The notes under the pieces are model-generated. The model was not told the origin of the DNA. It worked only from the letters and a program-made list of their open reading frames with translations, and searched no databases. From contig JBLKOQ010000002.1 of NCBI GenBank assembly GCA_047602885.1, positions 5,464 to 69,463 on the forward strand: a DNA stretch of 64,000 bases, given 5' to 3'. Of this stretch, positions 1 through 9,726 are shown piece after piece. A program made the position numbers and the translations under genes. Position 1 is the first letter of the stretch; each line of letters starts with the position of its first letter. This DNA comes from Candidatus Woesearchaeota archaeon (GTDB lineage Archaea > Nanobdellota > Nanobdellia > Woesearchaeales > WAPJ01).

Positions 1-16
1 CTTCCTAAAAAGGATA

Positions 17-415
17 TTGGTGCTCGCAAAGGAGGATGCAAGGTTCTTGAAGAGAAACAAGGACTTGATAGCAGGAATGCTTTCTGCTAACGAGCATAAG
101 ACAACATTCCTCGAGTCTGCAGAAGCCTCTATTAGCAGTGAAGAACAATTTATTACCACTCTTAACTACCTTACAAGCCTTAAGAAGGATACTGACAGAC
201 TATTAAAGGACATGGATAGGTGCAAGTCCATAGTAGAAAAGGCTATAGACACTCAGGAGGTTAGCAGTAAGGATATCAGTTTTGTTGAAATGACCAGGTT
301 TAAGGCGCACAGGCTTATGGAAGAGGTTGGCCGTATAGGCAGTTATGTTCCTGGATTGAGAAGTCTTGATGCTGAGTCTGCAAGAACGTTAGGAATGCTA
401 GGGGACATTATTTAG
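17..415 (+). CDS. hypothetical protein (start uncertain; frame open to window edge)
   Basis: Six-frame ORF, no recognisable motif; convergent with the helicase fragment. Confidence 0.3.
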   Translation: MVLAKEDARFLKRNKDLIAGMLSANEHKTTFLESAEASISSEEQFITTLNYLTSLKKDTDRLLKDMDRCKSIVEKAIDTQEVSSKDISFVEMTRFKAHRLMEEVGRIGSYVPGLRSLDAESARTLGMLGDII

Positions 416-1952
416 GAAGTGTTCCTTGCCTGTTGTCTTTTGCTATAATGCTCGTACCCTTAATCTTTTGAGCTGTCTTTAGTCCGACGAGCAATTCCAA
501 TTTTCTTATGTCTGTTTTGAGTATGTCTGTTCTGGTCCTTATGTTATTATTGTATAGTATTCTCGCTCTTTTTCTTCCTATGCCTTTTATTCTGACTAGG
601 CTTATTAGTTCTTGGGATACTCCGTTCTTTATCATTAGTCTTAGCTTTTGGAATGTGGTTCTTTCACCATTCTTCTCTATTATCCTGCAGATCTCTGTGG
701 CACTATAGCATAGCCAGTCATAAATCGTGAGTTTCGCATGAAACTCTCCAGGTGTAATATCATATTTTTCCATTAGGCTCTTCTCATCCTCTTCTTTGAT
801 CCATGATTCCATTATTATTGCTAGTTTGAGTGTCTTTAGGAATGCCTCGTAGTCATAGTCATGGTCCTCTTCTCCCACCAATAACTCTTCTTTTCCTAGC
901 TGTTCTTCTATTGTCTCATAGTCTTTTTTTCTTATGCTAGGATAGGGCTTTAGCTCTAATGACTGTGCGAGCAAGTGTATTAGAGGAAACCATCCGTATG
1001 ATGCAATACTGTTATTCTTGATATGTTTGATTATTATTGATGCTGATAGGGGATCAAGATATAATTCTGATATCCTATTGCCTAGCAGTGTGCTTTTTAT
1101 ACTATTATTTTTTAGTATGTCGTAAGCGCTGCTATATAGGTCGTCAGCGTCATTCTCTTGTGTTGCCCTGCTCATTATTATGAAGTTATTATCTTCTAAG
1201 AATTTGAGTATCCTCCTTAGTATTATCATTATTCTCTGCTTGTCCTTGTACTGGTATCCGTAGAAGCTGTTGTTCATGAACTCCAATAGTTCTTCCTCGC
1301 TATTGGCATGGCCTTGCACTATTAGTGATAGTATATGGCTTCTTAGTGCTGGCTCTGCTGCCAGCTTGCTGTATATCTCTTCTGGAATTCCATTAATGTA
1401 CCTGTCTTTTAGTATGTTCATCTCGCCTTCTGATTGTGCTATTAGAAAGCATTCTCCGTGCGTATCGTATGAAGGCCTGCCTGACCTTCCTGCCATCTGT
1501 AAGTACTCCAATACGGGTATGTAGTCCATTCCCCTATGACCGTATCTTTTAACATCTCTTATTATGGTCCTGTAGCTTGGAAGGTCTACTCCTGCTGCAA
1601 GTGTAGGAGTGCAGCATATTATCCTGATATTGTTTTTTCTGAACTCATCCTCTATTATCTTTCTTTGCTTGCTTGGCAGTCCTGAATGATGGAATGCCAC
1701 GCCGCTCTTAACAGCGTTCGATAACCTTTCACATTGTCTTGTAGGGTTGGGATATGTTTTTAGTATGCTATCAGATACGCTCAGTAATCCTTCTTTAACA
1801 ATCTCTTTATTATCAAGTTTTCCTATTTGTCTTGCAATGTCATCTGCTCCTTTTTCTGCGCTCCTCTTGGTACTGTAGAATATGAGTGCCTGTTTATTGT
1901 TTAGTATAGTGTCTATTGCCAGGCTCAGATGCTGTTTTTTGGGGTCTTGCAT
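408..1952 (-). CDS. Hel308/Ski2-family helicase, C-terminal half only (RecA2 motifs IV-VI plus WH/ratchet/HhH region), 514 aa
   Basis: FHHSGL (motif IV), TPTLAAGVDLP (V), QMAGRSGRP (VI). No Walker A/B. In-frame stop lies immediately upstream of the ATG. Confidence 0.7.
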   Translation of the reverse strand: MQDPKKQHLSLAIDTILNNKQALIFYSTKRSAEKGADDIARQIGKLDNKEIVKEGLLSVSDSILKTYPNPTRQCERLSNAVKSGVAFHHSGLPSKQRKIIEDEFRKNNIRIICCTPTLAAGVDLPSYRTIIRDVKRYGHRGMDYIPVLEYLQMAGRSGRPSYDTHGECFLIAQSEGEMNILKDRYINGIPEEIYSKLAAEPALRSHILSLIVQGHANSEEELLEFMNNSFYGYQYKDKQRIMIILRRILKFLEDNNFIIMSRATQENDADDLYSSAYDILKNNSIKSTLLGNRISELYLDPLSASIIIKHIKNNSIASYGWFPLIHLLAQSLELKPYPSIRKKDYETIEEQLGKEELLVGEEDHDYDYEAFLKTLKLAIIMESWIKEEDEKSLMEKYDITPGEFHAKLTIYDWLCYSATEICRIIEKNGERTTFQKLRLMIKNGVSQELISLVRIKGIGRKRARILYNNNIRTRTDILKTDIRKLELLVGLKTAQKIKGTSIIAKDNRQGTLPK

Positions 1953-1973
1953 TTTTTATCATAGGATATGGTA

Positions 1974-2047
1974 TGGGCCCGAGGAGATTTGAACTCCCGA
2001 CCACTCGATTATCAGTCGAGCACTCCACCAGGCTAAGCTACGGGCCC
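1974..2047 (-). tRNA. tRNA-Ile (anticodon GAT)
   Basis: Cloverleaf read by eye: acceptor GGGCCCG/CGGGCCC, anticodon loop CTGATAA, T-loop TTCAAAT. Confidence 0.85.
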
Positions 2048-2090
2048 ATATTATCGTCTTGGAATACAGGTTGTCTTATAAACGTTATGG

Positions 2091-2936
2091 CTATGTCATT
2101 AGCACTATTCCTTTTCTTTTGGCTTCTCTCATGGCTTTTTCGAGGAACATGCTTATTATGTCATCTCTTCTCTCAATATTTTCTGTCCATATCCTCATGT
2201 TTATAGTCAGCCTTCCATTGCTAAGGTCTGTTATTATGACTTGAGGTTCAAAGCTCTTTACAGTCTTCTTAGTTTCTATTAGTGCTGCAAAGTGAGGTAT
2301 TATTCTCTGTATTATCCTGTGTCTTGTCCTCTGCCTTAATTCTACTGTGGGTATTATCTCTCGTGCCACTACCAATAATAGTTCTTTTACATCATCATAA
2401 TCGGTTGATTGTGGTAGCATCATGGGTATTGTTATGAGACTGGCACCTGCCTTTGTATAGTTTGTTATCATGCTGTTTAGCAATACCGAGTTTGGAACGA
2501 ATATTAGCCTGCCGTTAATCCCCCTTATTTCTGTTTGCAATAATCCTATGTCTCTTACCCTGCAAACGCCTGTTCCTGCAACTTCTATCCAGTCCTCCAG
2601 TTGTATTGGCCTCCTAATGGTTATTAGGACTCCTGCTATAATATTTTGTATTACCTGCTGGCTTGAGAATGCTACTGCTATTCCTATTATTCCTAGGGAT
2701 GCTGCAAAAGCCCTTAAATCAAGATTTAAGACTTGGTATATTACTATATAGAGTCCTGCTATCATTATTCCGTATTGTATTGTTCGAGACACCCATTTGG
2801 CTTTTCCTTTGCCTATCACATTTAATAGCCTGGAGAATGCTATCTGGGATAGTATCCATGACACTATAATCGTTATTCCTATGACCAGTATGCTAAGAAG
2901 CATGTTTTCTATAATCATTGCAGTTTCAGGTTCCAT
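2091..2936 (-). CDS. small-conductance mechanosensitive channel (MscS family)
   Basis: Three N-terminal TM helices plus the MscS beta domain pattern. Confidence 0.75.
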   Translation of the reverse strand: MEPETAMIIENMLLSILVIGITIIVSWILSQIAFSRLLNVIGKGKAKWVSRTIQYGIMIAGLYIVIYQVLNLDLRAFAASLGIIGIAVAFSSQQVIQNIIAGVLITIRRPIQLEDWIEVAGTGVCRVRDIGLLQTEIRGINGRLIFVPNSVLLNSMITNYTKAGASLITIPMMLPQSTDYDDVKELLLVVAREIIPTVELRQRTRHRIIQRIIPHFAALIETKKTVKSFEPQVIITDLSNGRLTINMRIWTENIERRDDIISMFLEKAMREAKRKGIVLMT

Positions 2937-2998
2937 TATGCTGATAATATGCTGTAGATTAAAAAGCCTTTTAAATTAGTGGTTTTCCCAATCATTAG

Positions 2999-3071
2999 GC
3001 CTCCATAGCTTAGTAGGTAGAGCGCGCGGCTGTTAACCGCGAGGTCGCCAGTTCAAGTCTGGCTGGAGGCG
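2999..3071 (+). tRNA. tRNA-Asn (anticodon GTT)
   Basis: Acceptor GCCTCCA/TGGAGGC, anticodon loop CTGTTAA, T-loop TTCAAGT. Confidence 0.85.
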
Positions 3072-3279
3072 CATTATCATCCCGTGCGCTAATTAGTATA
3101 TTGAAATATAAAAAGCATATTCTCGTATATTTAAAAGGCAATTTTTTTAAATCCTTTTTACTAAAGAGTAATGTTGTGCCCGCGTATTGGATAGGCAATA
3201 GAGGGCTACTAAGTGCTACTACACAATAGTAACACTTATATATGATCAAAACAATAATAAAAGTACGGTTTGGGGCCGG

Positions 3280-3840
3280 TTGGAGGTGTATAGATTGATA
3301 GCAGAAGCAGTATTGGTTAAAATGTCCGGAGAAAATCTCAGGCTCACCCAGAAGAAGATAAGCGAGGTAGTTTCTGCTCTTGCAGGAGAGGACGCTGTAC
3401 CCGTAGTAGAGCTCATAATAAACAATCCGAGAATGTCAGAATTCATAATAGCTGAAGAGCTAGGATGGGAGATATCTAGGGTTAGGCAAGTACTCTATAG
3501 GTTGCATACTTACGGGCTTGCAGTATATAAGAGGAAAAAGGACAGGAAGAAAGGATGGTATATTAGCTATTGGACTTTCAGAAAGGAGGAGATTAGAAGC
3601 CTCATGGTAAAGCTAAGAGAGGAAAGGCTTGATCATCTTAGAGAAAGACTCGAAAGAGAAGAGAAGCACAAGGGTAATTTTTATTTGTGCTCTGCAGGTT
3701 GCATGAGGCTTGACTTTGACCAGGCTTTCGAGAATGGTTTTAAGTGCTCTGAATGCGGCCAAGTCCTGGTAAACCAGGATAACAGCAGAACTATAGAGTT
3801 CCTCAAAGAAAAGATAGCTCTTCTTGAGATGGCAAGCTGA
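3280..3840 (+). CDS. tfe: transcription factor TFE (TFIIE-alpha homolog): winged helix plus C-terminal zinc ribbon
   Basis: N-terminal wH followed by CxxC...CxxC ribbon (CSAGC...CSECG). Start may be the ATG at 3322. Confidence 0.65.
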   Translation: MEVYRLIAEAVLVKMSGENLRLTQKKISEVVSALAGEDAVPVVELIINNPRMSEFIIAEELGWEISRVRQVLYRLHTYGLAVYKRKKDRKKGWYISYWTFRKEEIRSLMVKLREERLDHLRERLEREEKHKGNFYLCSAGCMRLDFDQAFENGFKCSECGQVLVNQDNSRTIEFLKEKIALLEMAS

Positions 3841-3918
3841 TATTCATTCCAAAAATACTTTTTTCTTTATCTTCTTTGTATGGAAAGGTTCATAAACCAC
3901 TGTTAAGTATTCTTTTGC

Positions 3919-4269
3919 ATGGAAGAATTGCAGATGGTAATAGTCATAAGAAAGGATTTGAAGCTGCCTAAAGGAAAAATGGCAGTACAAGCAGCTCATG
4001 CAGCTATTAGTGTTGCTATGAAATCTAAAGATACTGATGCGTATAAGAAGTGGTATAGTCAAGGCCAGAAGAAGATACTTGTTTATTGTGAGAATGAGAA
4101 TGAATTGCTATCAATAATGCAAAAAGCCAAAGACAATAATCTTCATGTTGCATTAGTGCAGGATGCAGGCAGAACGGTAGTAGAGCCAGGCACTAAGACG
4201 TGTATAGGCATAGGTCCTGGACCGGAATCTCTATTTGTAGGATTGACAGATAAGCTTTCTTTGGTATAA
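3919..4269 (+). CDS. pth2: peptidyl-tRNA hydrolase, archaeal type (Pth2)
   Basis: MVIVIRKDL...GKMAVQAAHAA...GIGPGP motifs. Confidence 0.8.
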   Translation: MEELQMVIVIRKDLKLPKGKMAVQAAHAAISVAMKSKDTDAYKKWYSQGQKKILVYCENENELLSIMQKAKDNNLHVALVQDAGRTVVEPGTKTCIGIGPGPESLFVGLTDKLSLV

Positions 4270-4308
4270 CCATAAGTCTTTAAAAGCAATGCGTACTCAT
4301 CTTCTTAT

Positions 4309-4382
4309 GGGCCTGTAGCATAGTCTGGATAGTGCGGCCGGCTTCGGACCGGTTGACCTGGGTTCGAATCCCAGCAGGCTCA
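4309..4382 (+). tRNA. tRNA-Arg (anticodon TCG)
   Basis: Acceptor GGGCCTG/CAGGCTC, anticodon loop CTTCGGA, T-loop TTCGAAT. Confidence 0.8.
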
Positions 4383-4732
4383 TTACTATAAAATCGTATT
4401 ATTTTCGATATAAACTAGGATGTACTCATAACTTCTAAGACATAATTAAACGGATGGATAAAAGATTCAAACTAATATTTGATGGTGTTAAAATAAGGAG
4501 AAGATGGTCAAAAACCTAAGTTATTCCTAGTATATTTTCCTTGTGTGCGTATGTTCTCTTCAAACTCCACTAATCGTTTATACAGCTTAGAGTTTCTTAA
4601 TGTTTCAATCTCTTTCTTCATGCTTTCGTACTCCTCTCTAGAAATAGTTACATTGTCCATTGTTATATCGAATACCAAGAAAGTATTTAAAGATTATCCT
4701 AAAATAACCAATAATATGCAGTAATTACTCTA

Positions 4733-5329
4733 TTATCTGCTTGAGTCAGCCTGTCTTTCGAGTTCCAGTTTCCTGCTTATTGCAGTACTGTCCTGGCTGT
4801 TGCGGTATGCTGCGAGTATCTCATCGCATAGAGTATCAGTAATATTCTTGTTATTATTGAAAGCCTTCTGTCTTGCCCCTTGTGTCATTAGCCTTATTGC
4901 AATATCAACCCTTCTTTGCGGAGCGCATTCTACTGCTTTAGGATACCTTGCTCCTCCATACTCTATGGATATTACTTCTTCACGGGGAGCTGCATTCTCT
5001 ATGGCCTTTGCCAATACTTTTATAGGATTCTCTTTAGTCCTTGACTCTATCATAGTCAATACTTCTATCATAATATTATAATGCGCGTGAGACTTGCCTG
5101 TAGAGCTCTTAGCGCTGATTAAATGCTTCTTGCCCTTGTGGTTTGCATTGCTTATCTTGTTCATGAACCTCTCTACTATGAATACGTTGGACTTGTGGAA
5201 CTTATTCCTGGCATATCTTGCGCCTGTCTTGGGTACTATTCTGGGCTCGAGATTAATATAAGGCCTAACTCCAGGATCTTCTATTACTATGCCTTCTACA
5301 GTCCACTTATTGAACGCTTTTGCTTCCAT
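4733..5329 (-). CDS. rps7: 30S ribosomal protein S7 (uS7)
   Basis: PYINLEPR...ENPIKVLAKAIENAAPREEV...GGARY. Confidence 0.85.
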   Translation of the reverse strand: MEAKAFNKWTVEGIVIEDPGVRPYINLEPRIVPKTGARYARNKFHKSNVFIVERFMNKISNANHKGKKHLISAKSSTGKSHAHYNIMIEVLTMIESRTKENPIKVLAKAIENAAPREEVISIEYGGARYPKAVECAPQRRVDIAIRLMTQGARQKAFNNNKNITDTLCDEILAAYRNSQDSTAISRKLELERQADSSR

Positions 5330-5384
5330 TATAAGCAGGTTCTAAGAAAGAGTTTTTAAATATTGCTGTTAATGCACTACTATA

Positions 5385-5726
5385 ATGGTTCCTAAGCCTA
5401 CGCTAAAACAGAAGAGAAGATATTGTTTGGTTGCTTTTGACAGGGAAGACCTGCCTTACGATACTATGAGAAACATTATACTCGAAAACTATAATGAATT
5501 GTATGGCTTGATAGGATTGGCCAAAGCAAGATTGTTATTTTTAAAGACAAGTACTAATAATAAGATTATATGCAGGGTCAACCTTGAAAGTATTGACAAT
5601 TTACGAGCCACTATACTGCACATTTCTTATCATAAGAGAATTAGGGTGTCATCCCGAATAATGGGAGTGTCAGGCACTCTTAAGGGATTGCGCACAAAGT
5701 TTTTTAAAGAACCATCCGCTCCTTGA
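5385..5726 (+). CDS. RNase P protein subunit Pop5 (Rnp2)-like
   Basis: N-terminal LKQKRRYCLVAF resembles the Pop5 KRRYIAF signature; size about 113 aa. Confidence 0.45.
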   Translation: MVPKPTLKQKRRYCLVAFDREDLPYDTMRNIILENYNELYGLIGLAKARLLFLKTSTNNKIICRVNLESIDNLRATILHISYHKRIRVSSRIMGVSGTLKGLRTKFFKEPSAP

Positions 5727-5812
5727 TGGCAGAGAGATAGGATGGGATTGATTAGAGTGGCTTTGTTTTTGTACAGTTACGATGAATCGTATATTGATAG
5801 GAAGGTGATATT

Positions 5813-6532
5813 ATGAGTAGTCAGCCTATGCAGCATCAGATGATGGGATATGACAGGGCTATAACCATGTTTAGTCCTGACGGCAGGTTATTGCAGGTCG
5901 AATATGCTAAGAAGACAGTAAGGCAGGGAAGCACAGCTATAGGAATAGTGTATGATGGAGGCGTACTTCTTATTACTGATAAGAGGATACTTGATCCTCT
6001 GATTATAAGCTCTTCTGTAGAGAAGATATTCAAGATTGATGAGCACATGGCAGGTGCCGCTTCAGGCATTATTAGTGATGCGAGGGTTCTTATGGACAGG
6101 GCGCAAGTAAAGAGCCAGCAGCACAAGGTAACTTATGACAGTGCTATAGATGTTATTAGCATAGTCAAAGATATTGCTGATCTCAAGCAATTGACGACTC
6201 AGAGCGGAGGCTACAGGCCTTTTGGTGTTTCTTTGTTGATAGCAGGGGCTGACAGCAGGGCCAGGCTTTATGAGACTGATCCTACAGGAATATATTTTGA
6301 GTACAAGGCAACAGCTATAGGAGAGGGTGAACTAAAAATTAAGCCAATACTGCACCAGGAGTATAAGGAGGGCATGTCATTGGACGATGCCATAAAGCTT
6401 GCTCTTAAAGGTCTAAAAACAGTATTGGAGAAGGATTTTAGTGTTGACAGGGTAGATGCGGCTTATATTAATGAGTCTGACAGGAAGTTCACCCAGGTAT
6501 CAAGAGAGCAGTTAGAAAAGCTCTCAAAGTGA
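5813..6532 (+). CDS. psmA: proteasome subunit alpha
   Basis: YDRAITMFSPDGRLLQVEYA N-terminal signature. Confidence 0.9.
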   Translation: MSSQPMQHQMMGYDRAITMFSPDGRLLQVEYAKKTVRQGSTAIGIVYDGGVLLITDKRILDPLIISSSVEKIFKIDEHMAGAASGIISDARVLMDRAQVKSQQHKVTYDSAIDVISIVKDIADLKQLTTQSGGYRPFGVSLLIAGADSRARLYETDPTGIYFEYKATAIGEGELKIKPILHQEYKEGMSLDDAIKLALKGLKTVLEKDFSVDRVDAAYINESDRKFTQVSREQLEKLSK

Positions 6533-6543
6533 TGGGGTGATAT

Positions 6544-7248
6544 GTGATGAACGAGAAGGAAAGGCTTCATATAAATCTTGCAAGGCTAAGGATAGAAGGG
6601 AAGGATTTTGAGATAATAGTAGACCCTGAAAAGGCTTTTAGGCATAAGGAGGGTGAGAAGATAGACATTAGGGAAATACTCTCAGCGCCCAATATATATT
6701 ATGATGCTAATAAGGGTATGGCTATAAGCACTGTTGACCTAAAGAACTATTTTCATACTGAGGATGTGATGGAAGCGGCTCTTAAGATACTAAAAGAGGG
6801 CGACCTACAATTGTCTGTACAGCAAAGACAGAAGTTGAGGGATGAAAAGCTTAAGAGGGTAATAGACATTATCAGCGCTAACGCTGTAGACCCTAAGACC
6901 ATGAGGCCTCATCCTTCTCAGAGGATAACGAACGCTTTAGAAGAGGTCAAATTCAAGATACTTGAAAAAGAGTCTGTAGAAGAGAATGTTAAGAGGGCTA
7001 TAGGACTGATGAGATCGTCTTTGCCCCTAAAATTTGAGGTTTTCGAGTATGATGTGGTATGCAGTCCTCAGCATATTGCTCATGTCCAGAGGACCATGAG
7101 AATGCTCGGCAATGTGAAGAGCGAGACATACCAGAATGACGGTACTTTAAGGGCTGTATTTGAGTTTCCTGCAGGAATGCTCGATACCGTAGTACAGAAG
7201 CTTAATGCTGCGACTCAGGGAAGCGTATCATTGTCCAAGAGGAACTAA
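6544..7248 (+). CDS. ribosome maturation protein SBDS/Sdo1
   Basis: Conserved position after psmA in the archaeal exosome superoperon; SBDS-like N-terminal FYSH domain. Confidence 0.75.
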   Translation: MMNEKERLHINLARLRIEGKDFEIIVDPEKAFRHKEGEKIDIREILSAPNIYYDANKGMAISTVDLKNYFHTEDVMEAALKILKEGDLQLSVQQRQKLRDEKLKRVIDIISANAVDPKTMRPHPSQRITNALEEVKFKILEKESVEENVKRAIGLMRSSLPLKFEVFEYDVVCSPQHIAHVQRTMRMLGNVKSETYQNDGTLRAVFEFPAGMLDTVVQKLNAATQGSVSLSKRN

Positions 7249-7280
7249 TAATAATACAATAATATGTAGGAGTGGATTTA

Positions 7281-8015
7281 ATGGGAATAGTAAAAGAACA
7301 TAAAACTGTAGTAGTCCCTGGAGAAGTGCTGGCTAATGGGATGGACTACCTTCCTGGCGAAGGAACTTATCGTCAAGGAGAAGATGTAATAGCACAACAA
7401 ACAGGCCTATTGGAGGTTAAGGGACGGCTGCTTAAGATACTGCCACTTGCAGGAAAATATCTTCCCCAAAAAGGAGATACCATAATAGGCAAGATTATAG
7501 ATATTACTATGAGCGGCTGGAGAGTAGAAATTAACAGCGCATACAGTGCCATGCTGCCATTAAAGGATGCTACTTCAGCTTTTATTCCTAGAGGAGGGGA
7601 TCTTAGCAAGTACTTTGATTTTGAAGAGCATATAGTATGCCGCATATCTAATGTGACAGGACAAATGCTAGTAGACCTGTCTATGAGAGGACCAGGCCTA
7701 AGAAAGCTTGAGGAAGGAAGGATTATCCAGGTAGGGTGCACCAAGGTTCCACGAGTTATAGGAAAGCAGGGCTCCATGGTTTCTATGATAAAGCAAGCGA
7801 CCGGATGCAAGATTATTATCGGACAGAATGGACTGTGTTGGATTAGCGGCGAGCCTAAAGACGAGATATTGGCTGTTCAGACTATTAGGATGATAGAGGA
7901 TAATGCTCATATGTCAGGCCTTACAGACAAGATAAGAGAGCATCTGGAAGAAAAGACAGGCAAGACTATAAGCAGTAGCAATGATGATAAGAGGGATCAA
8001 GATGACGTACAATAA
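7281..8015 (+). CDS. rrp4: exosome complex component Rrp4 (S1 + KH)
   Basis: S1 and KH (IGKQGSMVSMI) domains. Track start GTG at 7272; ATG at 7281 follows an AGGAG. Confidence 0.85.
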   Translation: MGIVKEHKTVVVPGEVLANGMDYLPGEGTYRQGEDVIAQQTGLLEVKGRLLKILPLAGKYLPQKGDTIIGKIIDITMSGWRVEINSAYSAMLPLKDATSAFIPRGGDLSKYFDFEEHIVCRISNVTGQMLVDLSMRGPGLRKLEEGRIIQVGCTKVPRVIGKQGSMVSMIKQATGCKIIIGQNGLCWISGEPKDEILAVQTIRMIEDNAHMSGLTDKIREHLEEKTGKTISSSNDDKRDQDDVQ

Positions 8016-8709
8016 AAGGTTTGACGGCAGGAAATTTGACGAGACAAGGCCTATAGAGGCTAGAGCAGGTGTCATACCCCGAGCTGACGGTTCAGGATAT
8101 TTCAAGATAGGCCATACTGAGGCTTACGCCGCAGTATATGGTCCTAGGAACCTTTTTCCTAAGTTCATGCAAAACCCCCAAAAGGGAATATTGAGATGCA
8201 AATACAATATGATGCCATTCTCTGGTTCGGGAGACAGGGTCAGGCCCGGCACCAGCAGGAGGAGCAAGGAGATATCATGGGTTACGGAACAGGCACTATT
8301 GCCAGCCCTTAATCTTGAGGATTTCCCTAATAGTGTAGTAGACATTTTTATAGAACTGCCCCAGACTGATGCAGGGACCAGAGCGGCAGGAATATGCGCT
8401 GCTTCTATAGCTATTGCTGATGCAGGACTTACTATGAAAGGACTTGTAAGCGCGATAGCATGTGGCAGGGTAGGAGACAAGATAGTAGTCGACCTTACTA
8501 AAGAAGAAGAGGACTTTGATGGTGAAGGAGGAGTCGCTGACATTCCGGTGGCTATGATACCAGAGCTTGGCATAGTAACACTATTGCAGATGGACGGTCA
8601 TCTAAAGCCAGATGAATTGGATGAGGCTATGAGGATGGCAAAAGAAGCGCTCATCAGTATTAACGAAGTACAAAAGAATGCCCTTAAGGAAAGGTATTCT
8701 TTGAGGTGA
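8002..8709 (+). CDS. rrp41: exosome complex exonuclease Rrp41 (RNase PH-like)
   Basis: RFDGRKFDETRPI...GSGYFKIGHTEAYAAVYGPR. Confidence 0.85.
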   Translation: MTYNKRFDGRKFDETRPIEARAGVIPRADGSGYFKIGHTEAYAAVYGPRNLFPKFMQNPQKGILRCKYNMMPFSGSGDRVRPGTSRRSKEISWVTEQALLPALNLEDFPNSVVDIFIELPQTDAGTRAAGICAASIAIADAGLTMKGLVSAIACGRVGDKIVVDLTKEEEDFDGEGGVADIPVAMIPELGIVTLLQMDGHLKPDELDEAMRMAKEALISINEVQKNALKERYSLR

Positions 8710-8714
8710 ATATA

Positions 8715-9485
8715 ATGTACAGTCTCAAAAATAACATAAAAAAATATTATGATGCCAATCTAAGATATGATGGTAGGGAAATGGGCACTCTAAGAGAGCT
8801 TACCGTCAGTGTAGGAGTATCCAAGAACGCTGAAGGATCATCATTTGTAAAACTTGGAGATACCATGGTTTATGCAGGGGTTAAGATGGCAGTAGAAAAG
8901 CCTTATGACGATACTCCCAACCAAGGAAATCTAATGGTTAACGCAGAGCTAACTCCTATAGCCAGTCCATTATACGAGTCTGGACCCCCTTCAGATTTTG
9001 CTATAGAAGTCTCAAGAGTAGTTGACAGGGCTATTAGGGAGAGTCATACTATTGACCTTAATTCATTGTGCATAGAGCCTAGAGAGAAGGTGTGGGGTAT
9101 TATTATAGATATAGTACCTATTAATGATGCTGGCAATGTGCTTGACGCTAGTTCCATAGCAGCCCTTGCCGCGCTGAAGAATGCTGTATTTCCTAAACTT
9201 GTAGATAGTAAAATCGATTATAAGAATAAGGGAGACAAGCTAGTATTAAATGAAGAGCCATTACTCGTTACGGTATACAAGATTGCAGGACAGCTAGTAG
9301 TAGATCCTGATTATGAAGAGGAAGCGGCAGTGGAAGCAAGATTGTCTGTAGGCGTAGTATCTAATGGGGATATGTGCGCTTTGCAGAAGGGAATGTCAGG
9401 AATGCTATTGCCTCAAGAGATATTGGAAGCTGTAAAACTGGCAGGGAATACTGCTAAAGAGTATAGGAAGGCATTGCCTAAGTAA
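8715..9485 (+). CDS. rrp42: exosome complex component Rrp42
   Basis: RNase PH-like fold without catalytic residues; position after rrp41. Confidence 0.8.
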   Translation: MYSLKNNIKKYYDANLRYDGREMGTLRELTVSVGVSKNAEGSSFVKLGDTMVYAGVKMAVEKPYDDTPNQGNLMVNAELTPIASPLYESGPPSDFAIEVSRVVDRAIRESHTIDLNSLCIEPREKVWGIIIDIVPINDAGNVLDASSIAALAALKNAVFPKLVDSKIDYKNKGDKLVLNEEPLLVTVYKIAGQLVVDPDYEEEAAVEARLSVGVVSNGDMCALQKGMSGMLLPQEILEAVKLAGNTAKEYRKALPK

Positions 9486-9497
9486 TGGTGATATTTT

Positions 9498-9722
9498 ATG
9501 GATGATATTAAGTATACGCGGTATGAGAAGGCCAGGATGATAGGAGCAAGGGCTTTGCAGATAGCAATGGGCGCGCCTTACGTTATTAAGCTTACCAAAA
9601 AACAGCTTGAAGAAATAAGGTACAGTCCTCTTACTATCGCAGAGATGGAATACGAAAAAAAAGTCATACCCCTAAAAATAATTAGGGACATGCCAAAATC
9701 AAGGCTGGAGCAGGAAGGATAA
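9498..9722 (+). CDS. rpoK: DNA-directed RNA polymerase subunit K (Rpb6 homolog)
   Basis: TRYEKARMIGARALQIAMGAP. Confidence 0.8.
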   Translation: MDDIKYTRYEKARMIGARALQIAMGAPYVIKLTKKQLEEIRYSPLTIAEMEYEKKVIPLKIIRDMPKSRLEQEG

Positions 9723-9726
9723 TTTG

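Noticed and set aside
1916-2244. ORFs 1916-2206, 2059-2244 and 3010-3249 overlapping tRNA-Ile or tRNA-Asn
   Set aside because: They are explained by the tRNA genes and flanking AT-rich DNA.
4529-4660. 44-aa minus-strand ORF (MDNVTISREEYESMKKEIETLRNSKLYKRLVEFGREHTHTRKIY) in the tRNA-Arg/S7 spacer
   Set aside because: No SD, no recognisable family. It could be a small coiled-coil protein but support is insufficient.
8124-8573. Antisense ORFs inside well-supported genes (8124-8573, 28525-29190, 45095-46195, 60310-61074, 12632-12901 and similar)
   Set aside because: They overlap strongly conserved genes on the opposite strand. They are low-complexity translations of the antisense strand with no motifs.
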